64,000 nt of DNA from Eledone cirrhosa (Eukaryota), in contig OZ024740.1 in NCBI GenBank assembly GCA_964016885.1, forward strand, positions 399,218,001-399,282,000, written 5' to 3'. The notes below the pieces were generated by a model that was not told the DNA's origin, did not search any database, and saw only the letters and a list, made by a program, of their open reading frames with translations. Every line of letters starts with the position of its first letter. Position 1 is the stretch's first letter. A program made the position numbers and the translations under genes. This document shows, piece by piece, positions 54,485-64,000 of this stretch.

Positions 54485-54578
54485 ACATATTACAATCGTT
54501 TCTCTGGCGACCAGCTCGAGGCACGATCGACGTGATGATCGAACCTGACTCTGAAAATCGGAAGGTCCTCAGATACGT
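54485..54578 (-). ncRNA. Type I hammerhead candidate with a large domain II
   Basis: acgtat-CTGAGGA-(~63 nt)-GAAA-cgattg-TA-atatgt; 6-bp stem I; base of stem II is weak. Confidence 0.6.
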
Positions 54579-54626
54579 CTTGATTCTACGGCCTACCGCA
54601 TACGGACGCTTCAGACATCCAACAAC

Positions 54627-54799
<173 letters not shown>

Positions 54800-54815
54800 C
54801 ATACATACCTGTATA

Positions 54816-54847
<32 letters not shown>

Positions 54848-54850
54848 AGA

Positions 54851-54972
54851 GGTGAAGGCGTGTGGCTGAGTGGTTAGAGAATTGGATTCGCAATCGTAAG
54901 GTTGTGAGTTCGATTCCTGGACCAGGTGATGCGTTATATCCTTGAGCAAGACACTTTATTTCACGTTGCTCC
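54851..54972 (+). mobile_element. tRNA-derived SINE 5' part
   Basis: TGGCTGAGTGG A box, GTTCGATTCC B box, body as in 36041-36160. Confidence 0.8.
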
Positions 54973-55085
54973 TTCTACCTGGAGTTGCGACCGATAGATA
55001 GTATTAGCAATTGGAAAGACCAACGGAAACATTGTTCCCTCGGTCCGATTTGACGAAATTCGATCGTTCCTTTAAAATATATATA

Positions 55086-55480
55086 AGAAAAAGTATGACC
55101 CCGACGGCAGAGCTCAAGCCGTTATGACGGCTATTTCTGGACTAAATTAGAACTTTTAGCCTGGTGCATAAATAGCCGAACTTTTCAAGGGGGTACTTCC
55201 TCATATGGGAAGATTGTAGTTGTCAAGAGGATTGGTTAAAATTTGTTGTAAACACAAATAAGTCTATCATGGCATTTGGTGGGAGGTAGGGGTGGCTGAA
55301 CTTGCATGTAGAACAATAGGGGAGTTTTAACTAATCCTCTTGACAACTACAATCTTCCCATATGAGGAAGTACCCCCTTGAAAAGTTCGGCTATTTATTC
55401 ACCAGGCTAAAAATTCAAACTTAGTCCAGAACTAGCCGTCGAAGCGGCTTGAGCTCTGCCGTCGGGATCATACTTTTTCC
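55086..55480. repeat. ~395-bp fold-back with ~155-bp arms, each containing a decayed U3-A8 hammerhead fold
   Basis: Arms 55086-55241 and 55325-55480; plus arm reads ccccc-TTGAAAA-gttcggctatt...actagccgtc-GAAG-cgg...ccg-TC-ggg; a partial third copy at 60259-60307 has GAAA. Confidence 0.85.
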
Positions 55481-55558
55481 TATTCCCACTCTACTACCCT
55501 AAGTATTGAGTACTCTGGTGCGTTATGGTCCATTTGGTTCCTTACCACAATTCCTTTG

Positions 55559-55620
<62 letters not shown>

Positions 55621-55648
55621 TTATGTAATAAACAACATAAGGCAATTA

Positions 55649-55710
55649 TTTCATTTACCAGTGGTTTCTTAAAAGCAAACAAATTTTTGCTTTCAATCAT
55701 CAGAATGAAA
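55649..55710 (-). ncRNA. Type I hammerhead ribozyme
   Basis: tttcatt-CTGATGA-ttgaaagcaaa..tttgcttttaa-GAAA-ccactgg-TA-aatgaaa; 7-bp stem I, 11-bp stem II. Confidence 0.88.
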
Positions 55711-56002
55711 AAATCATGGTGTATTTATTGGCATTGGATTTTAAAAACAAAAATATAATCTATATGAAAGTGAGGCTGGAAAAGGAAGAAGGAAAGAAAA
55801 AATAAACACACATGCACACGCACACACACACACATACAATTATATACATACACATATATACACATACACACATACAAACACACACACATATCCACACACA
55901 CACACATATATATGTGTATATATATACATACACATACATATACACATACATACATACACACATATATATCAACATATCCATACATACAAATACACAAACA
56001 TG

Positions 56003-56070
<68 letters not shown>

Positions 56071-56079
56071 TATATATAT

Positions 56080-56110
<31 letters not shown>

Positions 56111-56751
56111 CATATATACACACACATACATATATATATACATATATATATATATATACATACATATACATACATATATATATACACATACATACATACA
56201 CATAATCATACACATATACACACGTACATACACACACATACATACAAATATATATACACGCATACATACGCATGCACAAATTGAGAAATATGTACACACA
56301 CCTACATACTCAAACACACAAATAATTATAAGAAAAAATATAATAATTGTTTCTACTTTAGGCACAATGCCAGCAAACACCCAGTGCATTACTGGTACTT
56401 TATTTTATCGACCCCGTAAGGATGAAAGGCAAAGTCAACCTCGGCGGGATTTGAACTCAGATCGTAAAGGAACGTAACTATGCTGGAAAGCATGGCGTCC
56501 GACCCTCTACCGATACTGCCAATCCATATAATAATAAAAACACCGTAACATAAGAATAAAAATGAATATAAAAATTATTATAGTGTTGACAGCGATACAG
56601 GCAACAAATAAATGAACAAATACACGTGGTAAGCAATACACACAATTGCACGTACACATACATACGTAAAAATAAATACATACATACACTCTCACACATA
56701 CACATACATATACAATTACATATACACATACATACGCTTACACATATATAT

Positions 56752-56876
<125 letters not shown>

Positions 56877-56984
56877 GATACATATCCATACATACATACA
56901 CATACATATACATACTTATAACAAACACCTACATGCAAATACAAACACGCACATATGTATGTGTGTAAAACTCATTCTTAGATG

Positions 56985-59740
56985 TATTCATATCCCTAAT
57001 CTACTTAATAAGGCACTAAATTACGCATTCAAGCATACAGACCTAACTAGCAATGAAATGCACATTATATTATCGGCAAGGAAAACTTTGATAGAATTTA
57101 ATAACCAACTATGGACTAGGGCAGATAGAGATAATAATTTTGACATTACTATGGGATCATCAGACTCAGCTCAGGTAACGGACCTTGTGGGCCTATTTAT
57201 AATTAATTCGCTGCATAGGAAAATACCCGGTGTTACCGGAGGTTTATATAGAGATGACATGCTTTTACTTATTGAAAATAATAACTCTGAACTAAATAAG
57301 AAAAGAAAACAAATTATACAATTTTTTAATTACCTTAATCTAAAAATAGAAATTGAGAATAACCATAGAATAGTCAATTTCCTAGACGTAACATTTAATC
57401 TCAACACATGTCTTCACTATCCATTTCACAAGTTAAATGAAAACTTGAATTATGTCAATTTTAGCTCCAATCACCCCAGATCTGTCAAAAATACTATAGT
57501 AAACTCTGTTCAAAAACGTATCTCTAGAATCTCTTCCAATAAAAATATTTTTGACGAAAAAGCCCAATATTATAATGATGCTTTAGCTAGAGCAGGATTT
57601 AGTGATAAAATTATGTACATCGATAATAGACAAACTAACCAAAATAACAACAATTTTAATTACAGTAACAACTTTAACAACTATAATAGAAAGCACTACA
57701 ATAATTTCAAAAACCAGAAAAGAAATAGAACTAGAAATATAATATGGTTTGCCCCCCCCCCTTTTCTCACTAAACATTAAAACCCACATCGCTAAACTAT
57801 TTTTTAATGCTCTTGACAAACGCTTCCCTAGAACACATAAGTATCACTCAATTTTTAATAGACATACTATAAAATTAACGTACTCGTCCACCAAAAATTT
57901 ACCACAAAATATTAATAGAATAAATAATAGGAATCTAAAACCTAGGCAAAATACCGAAAATAACCTAAACAATATTCAACTAAAAAACTGTAACTGTAGA
58001 GATAGATCTAAATGTCCGCTAAATAACAATTGCTTAGTTAAAAATATAATATACAACTGTAATGTTAGAACTGATTTAAATTCTTTTAATTATGTTGGTT
58101 CCACTTCGACAGAATTTAAACTTCGCTATAATAATCACAAAAATTCTTTCACGGATCCAAATAAAAAATCCTCAACATCGCTGTCAGGGTTACTCTGGCA
58201 ACTTAAGCATGATAAAGTTGGATATTCGATGGTTTGGAATATAGTCTCAAAAGGGATTCCTTTTAATTCCTCTTCTGAGACTTGTGACCTCTGCGCGGAG
58301 GAGATATTCTTTATATTAAAATCTAAAAATTCCCTTAATTTACGAACCAATTTATTCAGCTGTTGCAGACATAGATTGAACTCAACATTTAAATATAAAT
58401 ATAAATTTAAAATGTAGTATAAAATGTAGTATATTTACTTAAGGTATTTGACTATTTGTGATACTTGGCGATAAATCTTTCGATTCCTTCAATTTTTTTA
58501 AAACCTTTCCGCATGAATATATAATTAATGAGATTAAATAAACTACCCTAAAATTGGCGTTGGTCCCAATCTTTTGAATAAATTTTTAAGCTGGATAAAC
58601 TTCTATAATAAATATAAGAGCATTTGTAGAATAAGTTTTGAATGATTTCTGATAAATAAGGCTTGGTGAGCAATTTTGGTCTTGTTTGCTTTTGACTCTG
58701 ATTCTATGACCGATATGCGTGGCATACTATGTTCTCTTGCGTCCCTAGATACTCTGTGGAGTGACGAAGATATTCTTGGCGTTTTTAATTTTAATATTGA
58801 TATCTGTTGTCTACTCTATGCTTGATCGATGATTATTTTAGATGTTAATGTATATCTTATATGTTTTGTGTCTATATATATATATATATGTATGTAAATG
58901 TATGTAGGGTGGAATCTCTTCTAACGCATTGAAGTTTTTCTTTTCTGACACATTGAAGTTTTTCATGAAATATAAGAATCAGTGCAGCGTATCACCTAGG
59001 TTCACATGTGCGTCTATATTTATCAACTTGAATTTGAGATAACCTCTTTTCTCATTTTTCACGAGAATGCATATATACTTATGTTTGAAGTTTTGTCTCA
59101 GATTTTGCTTATAGACCTAAGAATTTTTAAACTGAACATGTGGTCACTTTTTTTACACATTATAGATATGTGTCTCATTCATGAATACTGATATTTACAT
59201 TATAATGCCTAATTCATAAAAATTGATAATTCAAATGGATGAGACATAATATATTTTTAATATATTTTAAATATATCATCTTTCTTTCTTTTTCTCCTAT
59301 ACACTAATCTAACTGTATCCCTTCCCTTAACCTCTCACATATACGATGATCATCTGTCAAAAAGCAGCCTACTATGTTTTTTTTTCACCATCAATGTATT
59401 TCTCTCTATCCTTGTCTCTCTATCTCGCTCCGTTGTTTTTCTTTACATACATCTCTTTTCTCTTTGCATACATCTCTTCATCTTCTTCTTTTTTATTTAC
59501 ATACATCTCTTCACCTTCTTCTTCTCATCTTCGTTTTCTTTCTATATAACTATCATAACAGTTTCACTACCAAATCAACTTTTTAAAAGGAAGTTGCATT
59601 ATTACAAGGTATGTCACTAATTATTTATAAAACAGCTTATGTATTGTATTTTGTCTGAGGAAGGCATAACATATTTTTAATATGATATCCCAGAAATATA
59701 TATAACGAAATAAATATGGTTTTATAAATATAGTTTCCAT
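56985..59740 (+). mobile_element. 5'-truncated Penelope-like element (CxCx5C type), one frameshift in a poly-C run
   Basis: ORFs 56959..57780 (MGSSDS, YRDD, NFLDVT) and 57749..58417 (CNCRDRSKCPL, YVGST, CDLC); terminal hammerhead. Confidence 0.92.
59647..59712 (+). ncRNA. Type I hammerhead ribozyme (Penelope pLTR)
   Basis: tattttgt-CTGAGGA-aggcataacata..tatgatatccca-GAAA-tatata-TA-acgaaata; 8-bp stem I. Confidence 0.82.
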
Positions 59741-59833
59741 TTGTTTAATATCGTATATATACATATATATACACATACACACACATATATATATATATAT
59801 ACCTACACACACATATACATACACATACATATG

Positions 59834-59935
<102 letters not shown>

Positions 59936-60438
59936 AGAAAAAAATAAATATTATATATATAAAAAATAAATATTGTATCTATAAAAATAAAAAGTTGGGA
60001 ATACGACAAATAATAAATGAAAAAAAATTAGAAAAGGGTATAAATGTTTATAGCTCATTTAGAGCACTCAACAAGTTCCTGGGGCAAATGATCAATGAAA
60101 ATGAGCATTAAATCACTGTATGTAATTATGCATATACACACCCACATACATATACATATATATATACATATATATACACACACACAAACACAACCACAGA
60201 AATACACACACACATACATACACATACATACATATACGTATATATATACACACACATAGGAAAAAGTATGACCCCACGGCAGAGCTCAAGCCGTTTCTGA
60301 GGCTATTATATATATACACACAAAACCATTATATAAAAATACATATACACGCACAAATACAACAGAAGCATATAAAATACAATTATATATATATATACAT
60401 ATACATACAGATAAATATAAACATACATACACACACAT

Positions 60439-60521
<83 letters not shown>

Positions 60522-60789
60522 TATACACATATACGCAACACGCACACACACACAAATAAATATCTAAAAATAAAAAAATTGGGTATGTGAAGGGTAAGGC
60601 AGAAAGTAGAGGGGGGGGGGGGGAATAAGGAAAATAAATGACATAGGAAAAGGTTTAAATATAAGGGGAGATAAGGGAGAAAAAGAATACGAGAGTACAG
60701 AAAGTGAATTCAGAAGGTAAAAAAACCGTAGTGGATGTAAGGCGTAGAGAGCAGAGAAGGAGTTCAAGGTGGTTGAGTTATCGTAGGAA

Positions 60790-61250
60790 TGTCAATCCAG
60801 TTACAGATCAGATGTGATTTCAGGTGAGGACAACATCTGAAGATCTCGGTCTTTGAGTTCAGGCAAGCAGAAGTGGCTTTCAAATTTTGTAAAATCCTAA
60901 ATTTTTCAGTGGTACACAAAGAACAATTCTTTGTGCCCCTTTGGTACTCCCTCGAATGGTCTAAAATAGACCATTCGATAGAGTACGGGATGTTTTATCC
61001 TTGAATTCCCACACTTTACTTGCGAGGACCGTTGCTGTTCTTTTATCGGAGTGCTTAAAAGAAGCGACACGTGCATAAAACCTGGTTTTAAACCTGTCCT
61101 GGGTCATGCCAACATATCGTTCACTCCTGGCTGGCTGGTTGTTGATTAAAGATGTTATTTTAGCCTCATATACAACGGATTTGGTGTTACATTTGCCCTG
61201 TAATGGGAATTCATCCGGCTTCCTGCAACTGCGTCCTGGATTTATTCTCG
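60790..61250 (-). mobile_element. Penelope-like GIY-YIG remnant
   Basis: PLQGKCNTKSVVYEAKI...RYVGMTQDRFKTRF...CSLCTTEK. Confidence 0.85.
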
Positions 61251-61284
61251 TACGAATTGAATTAGACTGACCGATTAGAACTAA

Positions 61285-61640
61285 GATTGACCTATCACAA
61301 TGGTTAAATACATCCTCTGTTATTTCTTGGTTTAATAATATACAAGGTAAAAATAAGTGTAGATTTACCCAATTTGATATTGTTGATTTTTACCCCTCTA
61401 TTACTGTTTCCTTGTTAACTAATGCCTTAGAGTTTGCAAGACCCTTCATTAATATTTCTACACCAATAAATACACCAGGATTTTTTCATTCTGATGATTG
61501 AAAGCAAAATTTGTTTGCTTTTAAGAAACCACTGGTAAATGAAATAATTGCCTTATGTTGTTTATTACATAACTATTAAGCTCTGTTACACACATAGAGC
61601 ACTCTTTTTTCCTGGACCTTTCCGACGGAATTACTTCATT
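61285..61640 (+). mobile_element. Inverted Penelope RT fragment plus pLTR
   Basis: QWLNTSSVISWFNNI...RFTQFDIVDFYPSIT..LLTNALEFA, followed by a hammerhead module. Confidence 0.82.
61484..61544 (+). ncRNA. Type I hammerhead ribozyme (inverted twin of 55649-55710)
   Basis: tttcatt-CTGATGA-ttgaaagcaaa atttg tttgcttttaa-GAAA-ccactgg-TA-aatgaaa. Confidence 0.88.
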
Positions 61641-61650
61641 TACACACACA

Positions 61651-61788
<138 letters not shown>

Positions 61789-61883
61789 TATGTATGTATG
61801 TATGTATGTATGTATGTATGTATGTATGTATGTATGTATGTATGTATGTATGTATGTATGAATGTATGTATGCATGTATGTAT

Positions 61884-62202
61884 GTATCCAATGATGTTGA
61901 CTTGTTCTTTTTGGTTAATATCATCCTGGTTAAGAGAGTGGGACTGGCTTTGTGCAGTGCCTTTGCTCACTACAAAAGCTTCACGGCACAGACATTGCTT
62001 TGTATCTGAAGATCTCTCTGCACTTGTCGTCACGTGGTGCCATGGGCCCAGCACTATGTGTCAATAATTGTCATAATAATTTGTACCAGAGTTTCAAGTC
62101 GTTGGCTGGACTAAAAGTCACACTTGTTTAGCGCATCGGTAAGGGTTCTCCTACATGGATATAAGGTAGTGGCCGTACTCGAAAACGAGTTGGCAGCCAC
62201 CA
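61884..62202 (+). mobile_element. Second copy of the 3' half of the 29172-29780 element
   Basis: Near-identical to 29452-29780; both lie in TA/TATG tracts. Confidence 0.85.
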
Positions 62203-62383
62203 TGTATCTATGTATCTATGTATGTATGTACATATCCCTGTCTCTGTCTCAGCTTTTCTTTTCTACTCTGGAAGAAATTTGCTGCTCTCCGGCTTGGAGA
62301 GGGATAAACTCCGCCAGGTTTAAAATACCCTAGAGACGCCGTATGTCAATACGGCGCCCCTACGACTCTAATAGGTAAAAAAA

Positions 62384-62715
62384 AATGCATGAGGCCGAAT
62401 GGTAAGTGTAGTGACCCCACGTATTCTTAGGCTAGGAAACTGACGGTTCGTTTGTCATGTCGTAGACTGTTACAGCTTCGCCTCTACAAAGAGGATATTA
62501 CCCCTGAAATATCATGGTAAAATATACTGGGTAAAACATTTCTTTGTTTTGTTCTCCTTTTCATTTACATCATCTGCCCTTCGTATTTTTCTACCGCATT
62601 GTATCGGCTTTAAGTAAAAAACTATCGGATTTTTACTACAAATCTCACAATGTTTTGCAATAACTAAACTACTCTCTCTCTGTGTCTCTCTCTCTCATCT
62701 CTCTCTCTCTCTCTC

Positions 62716-62752
<37 letters not shown>

Positions 62753-63132
62753 CGTAGTGAAAAATCAGAAAGTTTATCTCCAAAATTGATAGAGCACTCA
62801 GTCCAAAGGAGGAGTTCGGTGTAGAGTTAATTCCACAATTACAGAATACTTGGAAAGATGTGAGTTGAAAATCCTATTTAGGTGAAACACTTGTTGTATG
62901 GTTTGGTAATTGTTGTGGAATGAATTCTTTCTCACTCTCTCTCATCTCTCTCTCTCTTTCTCTCTATAGTGTGTATATAATAGTATAATAGTTTAATAAT
63001 TTCAATAATACAATGTTGTAATAATTATAGTCAAATAGAACATGAATTATGTATCAGTGCTGGGATAGGCTAGCAGCTTTGATTCTGACATTTAAAAAAT
63101 GACATATCATGAAAACGCACACAAACTCATTA
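62384..63132. repeat. Right arm of the ~750-bp inverted duplication
   Basis: Reverse complement of 52171-52920. Confidence 0.95.
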
Positions 63133-63788
63133 GAATTTGACATCAGTGATGATAATTAACCTTAACTTGTTCCGTGGGTCATCCACGGTTGGAAAAAATT
63201 AAGATACAATAATTACTATGGTATGTTTCCTTCATCATCATTGTATTATTTGAATCATTATATTTTATTTTAACATTCTCATAATTTACATCATAATTTA
63301 GTACTTCTTTAGATACCATGTTTAGTGATAGTCTTTCTACGTTTTTCCTTGTTTATTGGTATTAAGAATATAAAACAGAGCAAATTTTCTAGCAACGGAA
63401 ACAAAATATAAAGTTATAACTAAACAAATTGCATATAAAGAAATATTAAATTAATGAATTCATGTGTTTTAATGATAACTAATAGTATAATAATTTCAAT
63501 AATACCATGATGTAATAATTATAATGATATAACAATGAAATGATTGTAACAATATTAATTCTATTTTCTTTCTCACCTATCCATCCAGAGGTGATAAATT
63601 ACTTTGACAAAATTGTCTGAATGTACAAATAAATGTCAGAATAATTATTGTGTTTTAATTGTCAACAGCCGTAGAATTCCCACTTGTTCAGTTAGAAATA
63701 ATATTAATATTACAGAGAAAATAAATTTGTAGATAGTTTCATGTGTTTAGTGCATATGTGTAGGAAACTTGAATATTGGAAATCTTAC

Positions 63789-63793
63789 CTCAT
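63789..63793 (-). CDS. Candidate TLR first coding micro-exon (ATG AG)
   Basis: CAAAATGAG|GTAAGA; phase 2 matches the acceptor at 51177 and gives MSQKY-MCITM... in frame. Confidence 0.5.
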
Positions 63794-64000
63794 TTTGTAT
63801 CAAATTATGATAGCCAAAAAAGCAAATATTTCTCTCTCTTTGGTAACCGGTTTATGTTTCTATATATTTATATATTCCAAAACGATACAGTACACTGAAG
63901 ACAGATTAGTTTAATGTTTTATACAGTAGGAAATGTATATATCTTCTTCTGGTTTCATAATTTCTCAAATTTTTGCCAATAGAGAGAGAGCCGGTTTCTT

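Noticed and set aside
59335-59390. Hammerhead-like CGATGA...AAAAGC
   Set aside because: Both core strands are defective and the stems are unconvincing; the element's real motif is at 59647.

Overview
AT-rich, repeat-dense animal DNA. The SINE, LINE and microsatellite content looks like an Octopus-type cephalopod, which is an inference. Two host genes converge. On the + strand are the last three exons of a folylpolyglutamate synthase (FPGS)-like gene (5204-5285, 6676-6739, 20223-20548), with a partial duplicate of the last exon at ~34.7 kb. On the - strand is a complete single-cysteine-cluster Toll-like receptor (candidate ATG micro-exon at 63789-63793, main exon 51176-48927, TIR C-terminal exon 39365-39131). 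The rest is mobile DNA: at least 8 RTE-clade LINE copies whose RT carries an inserted PHD finger, a head-to-tail stack of L1/Tx1 elements in the TLR TIR intron, a DD37D (maT) Tc1/mariner transposon, several Penelope-like elements, tRNA-derived SINEs, a 22-bp minisatellite with higher-order structure, and large inverted duplications. The main hidden signal is about a dozen type-I hammerhead ribozyme motifs from several unrelated sequence families. These include U3-A8 core variants and a 562-bp ORF-less, terminally redundant, retrozyme-like unit. Five of them cluster on the TLR sense strand inside its putative first intron. All folds were read by eye, and nothing was computed or searched.
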